From Isurus oxyrinchus (taxonomy: Eukaryota): DNA of 64,000 nucleotides. The stretch lies in assembly GCA_026770705.1 (NCBI GenBank), contig JANJGN010000017.1, positions 31,434,001 through 31,498,000 on the forward strand, read 5' to 3'. The notes below the pieces were generated by a model that had not been told where the DNA came from, made no database searches, and was given only the letters and a program-made list of their open reading frames with translations. The translations under genes and the position numbers were made by a program. Each line of letters starts with the position of its first letter. The stretch's first letter is position 1. Positions 38,660-52,844 of this stretch are shown here, in pieces.

Positions 38660-39760
38660 TGTGTTTTCTTGAGTATAAAAGATCGTGAGGAGATCTGACC
38701 AAGATGCTTAAAACGTTAAAAGGATTCGACAAGGTGGATACAACAAAACTATTCCCTCATATGTGTGAATCAAGAACAAGGGCCAGAACTTCATGCTCCC
38801 CCACCAGTGGGTTTTAAGGCGGTGGTGGTGGTTGGGGGGGGGGAGGGGGGGGCCGGGGGGGGCGTGAATTGAAGGGGTGGGATTCCCTCCACTTATTGGC
38901 CACAATTATTGGCCACTTAAGAGCCATTTCCTGCCCAGCCTCAATCTTTAGGCTGGCAGGAGGATTGAGGTGGCATGGGAGAAGGCCAAATTTAATCAGA
39001 GTTAGATCCCAGGCGGGAAGTGGGTGGGAGGGTGCCTTCATCAGAAGCCCCCTTCTGAAGTAGCCCCCCCCGCCCCCGGTCCAGTGGCCTCCGGATCTCC
39101 CTCCTCTCTGGCCTGTCCCCTGAGATCCCCATCGGCCCCTTCACGCCCACCACCACCAAGACCTTCCCTATCTTACCCACCCTGGGTCCCCTTGAACTTA
39201 CCTGGGCCTCTGCTTCCTGGACCTCGGCTGAGACGTCGCCCTGAAGTTCCTCTTCTGTTCTCTGCAGCGCTGTTGCTGCAGGGACTGGAGATCTGCTGAC
39301 CAATCAGGTTGGTCGCAGCCCTCTAAGGCAGAACTTCCTCCCAAGTGAGGGGCAGAAGTCCTGCCTCCAGCCACTGAATGCTCATTTGAGTGTGTAATGG
39401 CTGTGGGGCACTCGGAGTCAGCGGGGATGTGTTCCCAGCTGACTCTTTAGATGGCGGGAAGCGAGATCCTACACTCTGAAAAATTCAGGCCAAGTGGAGG
39501 TTATAAAATCAGAGCTTAAGCCATTTCAGCAGTGAAATCAAGGAACACTTTTTCCGCATAAAAGGCAGCAGAAATCTGGAATGCTCTCCATAAAAAAGAT
39601 TTTGCATTCCAGAACATTTGGTGATTGATTTTTGTTAAGTCAGGATACAAATGCTCTGGAGCAAAAATGGGCAGAGACGAGTTGCAGATCAGCCAAGATT
39701 TTATTGAATGGTAGTGTGAGCTCATAGGCTGGATGGCCCCTATTATTAATGTTCTTATGT
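38660..39760 (+). mobile_element. CR1 3' fragment split by a MITE
   Basis: CR1-like gaggagatctga..gaatcaagaacaag before the MITE; ggaacacttttt..ggaatgctct..atggcccct after it. Confidence 0.65.
38781..39491. mobile_element. Harbinger-type MITE nested in CR1
   Basis: TIRs ggccagaacttc / aaaattcaggcc; TSD aag / aag. Confidence 0.82.
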
Positions 39761-40119
39761 TCCCTCCCTTGGTTTCACCATTGGAGGCAGAGTTTTTATA
39801 TACTTGGATAATATACTCTGCAGTGGTCTCCCTATACCTCCTTATCATGCTTTAAAAATCTTCCTAAAACCAATCTTTTAAACCAGGGTTTCTGAATAAA
39901 ATTCATGAAGTACTGTTGCGGATGGTGCAGGTTAAAAGAATAAACTTAAGTTTGACATGCTTAATGTCCCCTTCACTATAAAAAGCCACACCATAACCAG
40001 ATAGGCAGTGAAGCTACACCCATATATTTCTTGCGCAGACTTACTTCAATGTAAATCCACATCTGAGGGAACAGATTTTTTATCAGCAGCTGATAAGGAA
40101 AATTAATTTTGTACAGAAC

Positions 40120-43100
40120 TAAAGGCTCTTTATCTGAATGTTTGCAGTATTCATAACAAGATGAATGAATTGATAGCACCAGTAGAAATAAAATGAGTAC
40201 AATATCTTGGCCATTAAGATGTGATTTCAAGGTGACCAAGGCTGGGACCTGAATGTTGAAGGATATTTGATATTTCGGAAGGACAGGAAGAAAGGCAAAG
40301 GAGGTGGGATAGCTTTGTTAGTAAAGGGTGAGATCAGTACAATATTGAGAAGTGATCTTGGTTCAGAAGATCAAGATGTAGAAGAAGTTTGGGTAAAGGT
40401 AAGAAATAGCAAAGGAAAGAAATCGCCAGAACGAGTAGTTTATTGACCCTGTAATGGTAGCCATACAGAAGGACAAAGTATACATAAAGAAATATTGAGG
40501 CCTTGCAAGTAAGGCATTACAGTAATTATGGGTGACTTTAATTTTCACATCAATTGGACAAATCAAATTGGCAAAGGTCACCTGGAGGATGAGTTCATTG
40601 TGTATTCGAGACAATTTTTTTTAGAACAATACATTCCAGAACCTACCAGGGACCATGCTGTTTTGGACCTGGTAATGTTTAGTGAGGCAGGATTAATTAA
40701 AACCCTCATAGTAAAGAATCCTCTGGGCAAGAGTGATCATAACATGATAGAATTTCGCATTCAGTTTGAGAGTGAGAATTAGGGTCTATATCTAGTATCT
40801 TAAACTTAAATAAAGGCAAGTATAAGGGTATAGAGACATAGTTGACTAAAGTGGGCTGGCTAAATAGGTTAAAAGGCGATAGAGAAGCAGTGACAGAAAA
40901 TTAAGGAAATATTTCATAACTCTCAACAAAGAGATATTCCATTGAGGAAGAAAGATTCTACCAGAAGGATGCACCATCCATGGCTAATTAAGGAACTTAA
41001 GCTGGTATCAAATTGAAAGAAAAGATGTACAATGCTGCAAAGATTCGCGGTAGGCCAGAAGATTGGGAAGTTTTAAAAACCAGAGAAGGATGATTTAAAA
41101 AAAAGAGGAAAAAATTGGAGTATGAGAGAAAACTAGCAAGAAATATAAAATCAGATGGTAAAAGCTTCTACAAGTAGATGAAAAAGAAAAGAGTGCTAAA
41201 GTGAGCATTGGTCCATTAGAGGATGAGACTGGAGAATTTATAATAGGAAATTAGGAAATGGAAATTAAGAGTATTTTGTATCAGTCTTCACATTAGAAAA
41301 TCCAAGAAGCATCCCAAGAATAGTAGAAAATCAAGAGGCAAAAGGGACGGAGGAATGTAAAATAATCACTATTGCTAAAGAAAAAGTGATGGGAAAACTA
41401 ATGGGACTCAAGGCTGACAAGTCCTCTGGCCCTGATGGCTTGCATCCCAGGATCTTAAAAGAAGTGGCTATGGAGATTGTGAAAATATTGGTTGTATTCT
41501 TCCAAAATTCCCTAGATTCTAGAAAGGTCCCAGGGGATTAGAAAGCCGCAAATGTAACATCACTATTCAAAAAAGGAGATGGAAAGCAGCAAACTATAGG
41601 CCAGTTAGTTTAACATCTGTTATTGGGAAAATGCAAATGCAAGAATCCATTATTAAAGAGGTAGTAGCAGGACATTTAGAAAATCATAATACAACCAGGC
41701 AGAGTCAAAATGGCTTTGTGAAAGAGAAATTTGTTTCCCAAACTCATTAGAGTTTTTTGAGAATGTAACAAGCAGGGTGGATAAAGGAGAACCAGTGGGT
41801 GTAGTGTATTTGGATTTCCAAAAATCATTTGGTAAGGTGCCACATAAAAGATTGCTATACAAGATAACAGCTTATGGGTTGGCGGTGGTATATTTGCATC
41901 GATAGAGGACTGGCCAACTAACAGGAAACAGATGGGATAAAGGGGTCATTTTTAGGAAGGTAAACTATCTAGTGGAGTGCCACAAATATTAGTGTTGGGG
42001 CCTCAACTATTTACGACCTATATTAATGACTTGGATGAAGGGACCAAAAGTATTGTAGGCAAATTAGCTGATGATATGAAGACAGGTAGGAAATGAAGTT
42101 GTGGACAGCATACAAAAGGATATAGATAAATTATGTGAGTGGGCAAACATTTGGCAGATGGGGTATAATGTGGGAAAATATGAGAGTGTACACTTTAGCA
42201 GGAAGAATAGAAAGGCAGAATATTATTTAAATGGAGAGAGACTACAGAATGCTATGTTTCAGAGGGATCTTGGTGTCCTTGTACATGAATCACAAAAAGT
42301 CAGCATGCAGCTAAAGCAATAAATGGGAAGGCAAACAGAACATTGGTCTTTATTGCAAGGGGGAAAGAGAATAAAAGCTACAATTGTACAGGGCATTGGT
42401 GAGACCACATGTAGAGTACAGTGTACAGTTTTGGTCACCTTACTTAAGAAGGGACATACCTGCACTGGAAGCAGTGATTTCTGGGATGAGAGGTTTGTCT
42501 AATGAGGAAAAGTTGAGCAGACTGGGACTATGCTCATTAGAGTTTAACAGAATGAGAGGTGATCTTAGTAGGGCTTGACAGTGTTGTGAAGAATCCTGCT
42601 TTGGGCAACATGAAGTAGGCTTCATAGTTTAGAGTATGTTAACACCAAGTCTTTATTAGCAACTCATAACTATGTACATATTTACAACAGAGGGTACAGG
42701 TATGGTGCTGACTCCAGTCTAGGTCTTTACCCAACTCTGTTCATCTCTAAACTAACCCTGGCTCTGGGTAATGTACCTCCTTACATCACTGTGTTGGTGG
42801 TACTGTCCTCAGCCCCATATTAACCTTTTATGTACCAGACCCTACTACTACAGGTAGATGTTGAAAGAACTGGGGGGTACAGTTTGGAAATCTCCATTTA
42901 AGATGGAGATCAGGAGGCATGTCCTTTCAGAGGGTTGTTAGTTTTGGAATTCCTTTCCCCAGCAAGCAGTGCAGGCTGGGCTACTGAATATATTCAAGGC
43001 TGAGTTACACAGATCATTGATCAACAAGGGAGTCAAGGGTTAAAGGCGGCAGACCTGAAAATGGAATTAAGCCCACAGTCAGATCAGTTATGCTCTTATT

Positions 43101-43152
43101 AAATGGAGGAGAATATTGGAATGGCCTACTCCTGCTCATATTTCTTATGTTT
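40120..43152 (+). mobile_element. CR1 LINE, nearly complete decayed ORF2 (APE endonuclease and RT) plus 3' end
   Basis: MGDFNF..LDLVM..LGKSDHNMI (APE), GPDGLHPRILKE, YLDFQK, LVRPHVEYSVQFWSP; 3' end cctgctcatatttcttatgtt. Confidence 0.92.
42582..42852 (-). mobile_element. Solo LTR (~270 bp) inserted in CR1
   Basis: Reverse complement aligns end to end with 56293-56554; TG...CA ends; aataaa; TSD not clean. Confidence 0.8.
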
Positions 43153-43374
43153 AATCAGATAGACCTCAATATCACCAGGGAGATCTCTTACAAACTTTTT
43201 TCTAAATTCTTTCACTGAAGATATATGCACTTCTTCCAATTTCACACTCGACATCTTGTCACCTTCCTCCCACTGCAACTGTGTAATCCCAGACCCATTG
43301 TGAGCAATGCACCAGAAATTTGCTAGTAACTATTTATAGGTATCTACAAACATAATAAAATGCAGCCAAACTGA

Positions 43375-46300
43375 AGATTATATGAACATATGAGGTAGGA
43401 CAGAAGTAGGCCATTTAGAATGAATGCCCTGCACAACTGAAGCATAACATCCTTACTTTTATGTTCAATTCCTCTCACATTAAAGGATAGCCATCTTGAG
43501 TACATGCTGTACCTGCATACTAACTTTTTGTGACTCATGCACAAAAACATCTAGATCTACCTGCACCTCAGAATTCTGCAGTCGTTCTCCATTTAAGTAA
43601 TACTCTGCTTTTTTATTCTTCCTGCTAAAATGAACAACTTCACATTTTTCCTCATTATACTCCATCTGCCATATTTTTGCCTACTCACTCAACCTATCTA
43701 TATCTATCTGCAAACTCCTTATGTCTTCTGCACAACATACTATCTGACCTATCTTTGTGTCACCTGCAAATTTGGCTACCATGCCTTCGCTCCCCTCATC
43801 TAAGTCATTGAGGTAAATTTTAAAAAAGTTGAGGCACCAGCACCTAACCCTGTGGGACTCCATAAGTCATATCCTGCCAATCAGACAAAGACCTATTTAT
43901 GCCAGTCAGCTAATCCTCTATCCAAGCTAATATGTTACCTCCTACACCATGAACTTTTATTTTCCACCATAGCATTTGATGTGGCACCTTATCAAATGCC
44001 TTCTAGAAATCCAAGTACAGCACATCTACAAGGCACCCCTTTATCCATGCGCATGTTACTCCTTCAAAGAACTCTAATAAATTGGTTAGACATAATTTTC
44101 CTTTCTAAAAACCATGCTGACTCTTCCCAATTACCTTGTGTTTTATTAAGTGCCCAGCTCTAGCCTCTTTAATGATCGACTCCAACACCTTCCCAATGAC
44201 AGACATCAAGCTAACTGGCCTACAGTTTCCTGTTTCCTGCCTCCCTCCCTTCTTGTTATATTTGCTACTTTCCTGTCTGACGGAACCTTTCCAGAAACTA
44301 GGGAATTTTGGAAAATTAACATCAATGTATCTACTGCCTCATTAGTCACCACTTTTAAGACCCTAAGATGAAGTCCACCTGGGGGAGATTTGTCAGCCCA
44401 CAGCTCCATCAGTTTGATCAATACTGCTTCCCTAGTGATTGTAATTTCACCAAGTTCCTCTTTCCCCTCCTGATTTACAGCTATTACTGGAATGTTTTTT
44501 TTATATCCTCAATTGTGAAGACAGAAGCAAAATATTGATTCATTTCATCCACTATTTCTGTATTATCCACTATTAACTCCCCATTCTCACTCTCTAGAGG
44601 ACCAACACTCGCTTTATTTACTCTTTTCCAGTTTAAATACCTGTAGAAATTCTTGCTATCTGTTTTTACATTTCTAGCTAGCTTCCTTTCATACTCTAAT
44701 TTATTTCTCCTGATTAGCGTTTTAGTCATTCTCTGCTGTTCTGTATATTCTGACTAATCGCTTGACTTGCCACTCATCTCTGCGCAGTTATATGCTTTTT
44801 CCTAAAGCTTGATGCTTTCCCTAATTTCTTCAGTTAACCATGGATGCTGGATCCTCCCTTTAGAATTTTTCTAAATTGTAGGAATATACTTATTCTGAAT
44901 GTTTTGAAAAATCCACTTAAGTGTCCACCACTGCTTCTCTATTGATCTATCCCCTAGCCTAGTATCCTAGTTAACTTCAGCTAGCTCAGCTTTCATCCCC
45001 ACATAGTTGCCCTTATTTAAGCTTAAGATCTTAATCTTAGACCCAATCTTCTCCCTTTCATACTGGATGTAAAATTCAATCATATTGTGGTCACTGCTAC
45101 CTACTGCCAATCTGATTTTTCCGGTTTTTATGTAGATTAAAGTCACCCATGACTATTGTCATCCCATTATCCCAAGCACCCAATATTTCTTCTTGTATAC
45201 TTTTGTCCTATATTGTGATTACTGTTAGGGGGCCTGTAGTGTCTTCTTTCTCCTACCATTCCTCATCTTTACCTAGATTGATTCCTACTCCAGATCTCAT
45301 GAACCAAGGTAATCTCTAACTATTGCACAAGTGCCATCTTTAATTAACAGTGCTACCCCTCCACCTTTAGCCAGCTTCAATTTTTCTTGAAGGTAATAAA
45401 CCCCTTAATATTCAGGACCCAATCCTTGTCATGCCGCAGCCACATCACTGTAATGGCTATCAGATCATATTTATTTACTTCAATGTGCACTATGAATTTG
45501 TTTACTTTATTATGAATGCATTCAGATGTAGAGACTTTAGTTTTGTCTTTTTGTTATTTTTGTGACATCTAGTGTTGATTCTTGGTGCATTCTTAGGTTT
45601 TGGCCCTCTGTCTGTTTCTGCCATTCTCCAACCCTCATTTCCCATAGACTATTTTCCTCTCTTACCTTGTCTCTACTCTTTGATATACCACATCTTTCCA
45701 CATTTAATCACTTGCCCCCACTAACCCTGTCTGCTTCCATAGTTATGCAGTTCGCAAAAACACTGGTCCCAGCACAGTTCAGGTGTAGACCGTCCTAATA
45801 GTACAGCCCCCACTTTCCCCAGTACTGTTGCCAGTGCCCCATAAACTGGAACCCACTTCTCAGTCTTTGAGTCGCGTGTTCATCTCTCTAATTTTATGTA
45901 CCCAATGCCAATTTGCATGGGGCTCAGGTGATAACCCTGAGATTATAACCTTTAGGGTTCTGCTTTTCAATTTAGTACCTAGCTCCTCTTACTCTCTATG
46001 CAGAACCTCTTTCCTAGTTCTACCTGTGTCATTGGTACCTGCATGGACCATGACAACCGGATCCTCCCCCTGCCACTGCAAATTGCCCTCCAGCCCTAAG
46101 TAGATTTCCTGAACTCTGCCGCCTGGACTCTCACTTTTTACTGCAGAGAACAGTGTCAATCCCCCTCACTATACTGTCCTCTACTACCACTACATTTCTT
46201 ATTGCTCTCCCCACTTGAATGGCTTCCTGTACCACGGTGCCATGGTCAGTTTGTTCATCCACCCTGCAGCCCCCACTCTCATCCAAACAAGTTGAGAGAA

Positions 46301-48790
46301 CCACAAACCTATTAGACAGTTGCAGAGGCTCACACTCCTGCATTCCTGCTCTCTGGGTCCCCTTACCTGCCTCATTTACAGTCACACCCTCCTGTCCTGA
46401 TCACTGACCAAATCAGAAGACCCTATCCTAAATGAAGAGTGCAGGAGGGCATGCCAGGAGCAGCACCAGGCATACCTAAAAATGAGGTGTCAATCTGGTG
46501 AATCTACAATGCTGGACTACTTGTATGCTAACCAGCATAAGCAGCAAGTGATAGACAGAGCTAAACGATTCAACAACCAAGAGATTGGATCTAAGCTCTG
46601 CAGTCCTGCCACATCCATGGTGGTGGACAATTAAACAACTCACTGGAGGAGGAGTCTGCACAAATATCCCCATCCTCAATGATGGAGAAGCCCAGCTCAT
46701 TAGTGCAAAAGATAAAGCTAAAGCATTCGCAACAATCTTCAGCCAGAAGTGCCGAGTAGATGATCCAGAATCACAGATGCCAGTATTCAGCCAATTCGAT
46801 TCACTCCAAGTGATATCAAGAGATGGCTGAAGGCACTGGATACTGCAAAGGCTAAGGGCCCTGACAATATTCCGACATTAGTACTTGTGCTCCAGAACTT
46901 GCTGTGTCGCTAGCCAAGCTGTTCCAGTACAGCTACAACACTGGCATCTACTCAGCAATGTAGAAAATTGCTCAGGTATGTCCTGTACACAAAAAACAGG
47001 ACAAATCCAACCCAGCCAATTACAGTCCCATCTGTCTAGTCTTGATATCAGTAAAGTGATGGAAGGGGTCATCAACAGTGCTATCAAGAAGTACTTGCTT
47101 AACATTAACCTGCTCATTGATGCGCAGTTTGGGTTCCACCTGGTCACTCAGCTTCTGAACTCATTACAGCCTTGGTTCAAACATGGACAAAAGAGCTGAA
47201 CTCAAGAGGTGAGGTGAGAGTGACTGCCCTTGACATCAAGCAGCATTTGACATAGTGTGGCATCAAGGAACCCTAGCAAAACTGGAGTCAATGGGAATCA
47301 GGGGGAAATCTCTCCGCTGTTTGGAGTCATACCTAGCACAAAGGAAGATGGTTGTGATTATTGGAGGTCAATCATCTCAATTCCAGGATGTCACCACAGG
47401 AGTTCCTCAGGGTAGTGTCCAAGGCCCGACCATCTTCAGCTGCTTCATCGATGACCTTCCATCATAAGGTCAGAAGTGGAGATGTTCGCTGATAATTGCA
47501 CAATGTTCAGCAGCATTCGTGACTTCTCAGATACTGAAGCAGTCCACGTCCAAATGCAGCAAGATCTGGACAGTATCCAGGCTTGGACTGACAAGTGGGA
47601 AGTAACATTCGCGCCTTACAAGTGCCAGGCAATGACCATATCCATCAAGAGAGAATCTAACCATCACCTCTTGAAATTCAATGGCATTACCGTCACTGAA
47701 TCCCCCACTATCAACACCTGGGGGTTTTCATTGACCAGAAACTGAATTGGACTAGCCATTTAAATACTGTGGCTACAAGAGCAGGTCAGAGGTTAGGAAT
47801 CGTGCGACAAGTAGCTCATCTCCTGACTCCCAAAGCTTGTCCACCATCTACAAGGCACAAGTCAGGAGTGTCATGGAATACTCTCCACTTGCCAGGATGA
47901 GCTTAGCTCCAACAACACTCAAGAAGCTTGACACCCTCCAGGGCAAAGCAGCCTACTTGATTGGCACCCCTTCCACAAGCATTCAATCCGTTCACCACCA
48001 ACAAACAGTAGCAGCAATGTGTACCATCTACAAGATGCACCTCAGGAAACTCACCAAACTTCCTTAGGCAGCACCTTTCAAACCCACAACTGCTACCATC
48101 TAGAAGGACAGCAGATATATGGGAACACCACCACCTGGAAGTTCTCCTCCAAGCCACTTACCATTCTGACTTGGAAATATATCGCAGTTCCTTCACTGTC
48201 ACTGGGTCAAAATCCTGGCACTCCCTCCCTAACAGCAATGTGGCTGTACCTACCGCACATGGACTGCCATGGTTCACCGTCTCAAGGACAATCAGGGATG
48301 GGCAATAAATGCTGGCCTACCCAGCGACACCCACATCCTGCAAATGAATAAAAGAAAAAAAGTGGTGTGACTACCTCCTGGTAAAAAGCATCCAGGTAGC
48401 TTCCCCCACCACCGCCGATGTGTCGCAAAGTTTGCAACTCAACCTCCAGCTCAGTGACTCTGAGCCAAAGTTCCTTAGGCTGCAACACTTACTGCAGATG
48501 TGTTTGCCCTGGATCACAATGTTATCCAGGAGCTCCCACATGCTGCAGCCTTGACACATCACCTGTCCTGCCATCCTTCATATGTTTTGAATAATTACTT
48601 AATTATATTACTTACTTATTTATGTTGCTTTTTTATATATTGTATTAGCTTTACCACCAATTTGTATAATATTTTATACTTTAGGAATAGAATAGATCTT
48701 CACCACTCACCAGATACTCACCAAACAGCTAGTTCCTTTCCCTGTAGCAGAGCAAGAATCAATTCTTTTCGGGTGAGAAATATAGAAAAA
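43375..48790 (-). mobile_element. Near full-length CR1 LINE (5'UTR, ORF1 zinc finger and SGNH esterase, ORF2) with internal deletions, split by a family-B LINE
   Basis: ORF1 N-terminus CQGCSMWE..HICSKC (48371-48574); LSNRF and VVVEDSIVRG esterase motif (46131-46385); ORF2 motifs at 43480-45480; 3' tail remnant ~43375-43415. Confidence 0.88.
46432..48361 (+). mobile_element. Family-B LINE nested in CR1 ORF1
   Basis: GVPQGSVQGP, MFADNC, IYKAQVRSVMEYSPLA; tail gggcaataaatgctggcc..aataaaagaaaaaa; CR1 ORF1 flanks both sides. Confidence 0.9.
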
Positions 48791-50719
48791 GGAAAAGAAC
48801 ACCGTTCAAATCAGTGAGAGGGGCAAGGCAATCAGTGTTGTCCCTTGGACCTTGTCAGCCATAAAAATTCCCTTCATTTTAGTAATTATGACCTACTTTG
48901 CTCTATTTTAAGTAGATTTTCAATTTCTTCCCTCAAGGGTAAGCTATCCCAAGCTAAGATATGCTTAAAATACACACTACACAGTGTCGTAGTTCTCGCG
49001 TAAGTAAGGTGACTTAATCTCTCCTGAGTTGGTATCTAAATAGTGCATCGCATTCATTTTTGATTAAGTTTAGTTAGGCACAAATGACAAATGAAAAGTT
49101 TTAAATAACACCATTGTTTTTTTTTTGCTCTAGTCACTAACCCAAGTGAAAAAAAATCAGTTCAACTGCAAAATAAAAACATAAAATCGGTTTGCCTCAT
49201 CAGTTTTACTGAACGCAGTGGTTAAAGCTAAGACCATAGTATTATACCATAACATACTAAGCTTTCAGACAAGATATGGATGAGCCAAGTTGACCCTTTT
49301 AAATGTAAATTACAGTGAATAAACAATCAGTATTTCTTTTCATTTTTTTTACTGCTTTCCCATAACTCATCTTTTAAGCAGATGCATTCTATACTAGTTT
49401 TTATGTAAACTTATTATTTTGATAGCTTTTCCAGCCCTGTCTATTCTCCTGTTGTCTTTTTGCATAAGTTTGTGCCTTGTCCAAAGTTGTACAATTAAAA
49501 TGTTTAAGTGCTTGATGTGACGCCGGATACCTAAGATGCAAAAGTGTTTCAGAGGCAGCATTGAGATTTCCCCTTCACCTTGCCCGTACCTGATTTTAAA
49601 AGAAAGAATTCTAGTTTGTTTCAGTTGCCTGGGAGATGTAATAAAGTTAATTGTAAATCCGAATTTAGGTAGAATTGCAGTGGCAAAAAGAATGAAAGTC
49701 ACCAATGATGACAGCAACAACAATAATTGATTGTGCTGTTCAGGTAGAAAAATGTGTCATGGTGTTTCAGCATAATCAAAAACAATGGCGACAGTTAGAA
49801 AAGGAGACATCAGTACTGGTGACCAGAAAACTATAGCCACCATTACTGAAAGCAAACTTTTGACAGGCTTTCCAATTCCCCTGACATTGTCAAAGTCCAG
49901 CAACACTCCTTTGTGAATCCCAAAACTTCTCCAAACTCCTCCAATAATACACAACACAATACTTCTACTCACTTTGCAGCAGAATTCAAAACTCAAAAGC
50001 ACCTCACATGTAAGTCCTTTAAATAGCGCTAATCGGGGGGGATTCCTTCGACAGTTAGGAGTGATTAAGGAAGTGCGCTAACAGGACCTGTGAGGTCCAC
50101 AAAGGCAGTTTGTGCACCAAATCAGCATTAGACACTGTTTGACATCACAATCCACCCACTCAGCATGCTTCAAGTGTGCATGCACAGCATCCCTGCCCTC
50201 CTGTTCTTTTAAAGTTTTGAAGCTGATATTTTTGAAGCATTAGATTTCAGTAGCATTGGCACAAGCGGCACCCTAGAACCACATTTTGGGACCTATAAGT
50301 TACACTAGGAATAAATGGCTAAATCCCGGGTCTGATCTTAGATGTGTACTCTTATCCATGTAGAGATAGCTGAGACACCCAAATCTGATCCCTAAAGGAA
50401 GGGTTATTCAGTTTCACCCGTCTTATTAAACATCGTCAACGGTATTGTGTTAGCTATTATCATAAGGTCCAGTCTTGGGATGTTAGATTCAGACATCTCT
50501 GAAAGAATAACAACATCTCCCAGATGACGTTTTGCCTCCACATGTTACCCTGAACAATGGACTAGCCAGTTGCTTGTAATGGTGTGTGCTTTGCACAGCT
50601 AGGAGGATATCTTAAAGGTATTGATTGGAAGATACTGGAGCGCATTGCACCTAGAGTCTTGGTGGATACCATCTTTAACCTGACACAGTCATTTGACACT
50701 GCACTGTTAATGAACCCTC

Positions 50720-51044
50720 GGATGGAATTAAATGACCCCTTCTGAGGCGGGTTTGGAGGTGGAGGGACATTTAATCAGGAGGGAGGGTGTGCTGGGTGGG
50801 ACTTGGCTACCTTCCCACCTCTGTCCCGATTAAATCCCAATTAATGTCCACTTAGGGGCCCTTATCCCGCCAGGCACTGGCATTCAATCCTAGGCATTTG
50901 ATCCCAGGGAAGCCTGTCACTGGGCACTTAAGTGCCTGACTGGCACTTAATACGGACGGTTTAATCCAAAGGAGGCAGCACGAAGCTCTCGCCAGCAATC
51001 CAGCCGGCAGGTGAATCCTCTGTCACCTGGATTAAATTCCATCC
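50720..51044. mobile_element. Harbinger-type MITE
   Basis: TIRs ggatggaatt / aattccatcc; flanks ctc / ctt. Confidence 0.72.
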
Positions 51045-52807
51045 CTTATGTTTTTCAATGACAACAATGCCCAATGCAAGTTAAGCTGGCAGCATATGAA
51101 AACGCATGTCCAAACCAAATTTCTGCTCTTCCGCAGGACATTTGCATCTTCAGCACTTTAAATTATCTGCCCTCCTCTTGGCCAGGATAAGTGTTTGACT
51201 TCCACCAGGTCTCATATTAAGTGCTGATATGTGAGTGAGAATTGGTTGCACTTGGATTTTCTGAGATGGACTTTACAACTTTTGGAAGGTCTTCACTGAT
51301 CCCAAGAATGTTGGACACTGGTTGAGTACAGGTATTCCTTTGGACTAGCATTGCTATGGTGGTAATAGTGGAAAATATGCTGCTAACATCACTCCATCAT
51401 TATCGCCTTACTTGGTCACATCCCACTCTTTGTGGCTCTTGGCATCAGCTGGAAATGATAATAAAAGATTGTAAGCTTGTAAGAATTTAAAAGGAGTAAA
51501 AACATGATGGAAAGGATCCCCCCCAAATGTTTTACATTTGCCTGTCTCAGATCTGCTAAACTAGCAGATAGATGGAATATTGTCTCTCATGTGTCTGGAC
51601 ACAAAACACACTCTACTAATTTCTGATTGAATGAAAACATAATTTTCTCAAAAAAAACATTTTAATGGGTGCAAATAATTTGACACAAACAGCATTGTGC
51701 ACAGATAAATACTTTCCCTTTAGGCTGAGTATAGCTCATCTGTGATTTTGATGCCCTGGCCAGCCAGTGTCACCTGTGAGGCAATTTATTACATCTTACT
51801 GCTGGTTGGAGTTGAGTTACAATCTTTCAACTGCTAGCACAATGTTCCATCCAAATATTTGTGGGCGTCGTGTTAAATACATTCAGAGATTAATCCTCAA
51901 AATAAAAAGGAAATGAAGTGGACCTGTGGGACAATGAAATAAATAGGACAATTTTATGAGGTGCTTAGCACCCTAATGGCATCTGCAACCAGCTGCTAAT
52001 CCTTCTGCCCCACTCCGCAACCACCACCCTCCCTGCCCACCACCACCCCTGACTGATGTTGTGCCTCAGAGACCTGTGAACTCTGATTTCACATTCTTGC
52101 ACCAGATGCTTCCAGAGCTTCAATTGAGGTGATTGCTGCCATAAAGGGACAGGCTAGGCTGTTATTTTTATCAAGAATGGGCTTCATTCTTGACCTACTG
52201 AGTGAAAAAATGAGACTTTGGTTTCAGAAGTTGTTGCAGAACACTGTAACCTTTCAGTCACTGTTGGACACTATGTTTGGTAGGCTTACTGCTCCTGCAC
52301 CCCCCAGGGTGACCAACCGTCTCTTATTTTGCAGGATTGTCTCGTATTTGTGGTCATTGTCTTGTGCCTCAGGATGAATGCTGCCAGGATGCTGGTTTTT
52401 GCATAATTCGATTCTTCAAGTCTCATGCATGTGCAGAAACTCCTCTCTTAATGAAGCCGCTCTCACAGACCTGACCCCCATGCCAAAGTGACCCTTAATT
52501 TTCACTGCAAGAGTGGGTCACGCTGCCCTCTCCCCCAACCCCTTTTACTCTTTAGCTTCTTTACAGGCAAAAGCTAACAAGCAGAAGCTTCCATGATAGT
52601 TGCTGAAGACATAAACCTGATTCTCTCCAGAGTCACCATTAGTGGTTCACTAGCAAAGTGTAGGAATCCTCCATCTACTTTTTGATGCAATAGATGCACA
52701 CAGAAAAAAACATTCACTCTCCTCCTACCCAGTTCTTCAGTGTACATGCTCGCACTTGTGCCTGTTTACTATAGACAAACAAGGAAAACAATTAGAACAG
52801 TGATTGT

Positions 52808-52810
<3 letters not shown>

Positions 52811-52839
<29 letters not shown>
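52811..52839. repeat. (TG)n microsatellite
   Basis: Direct reading. Confidence 0.96.
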
Positions 52840-52844
<5 letters not shown>

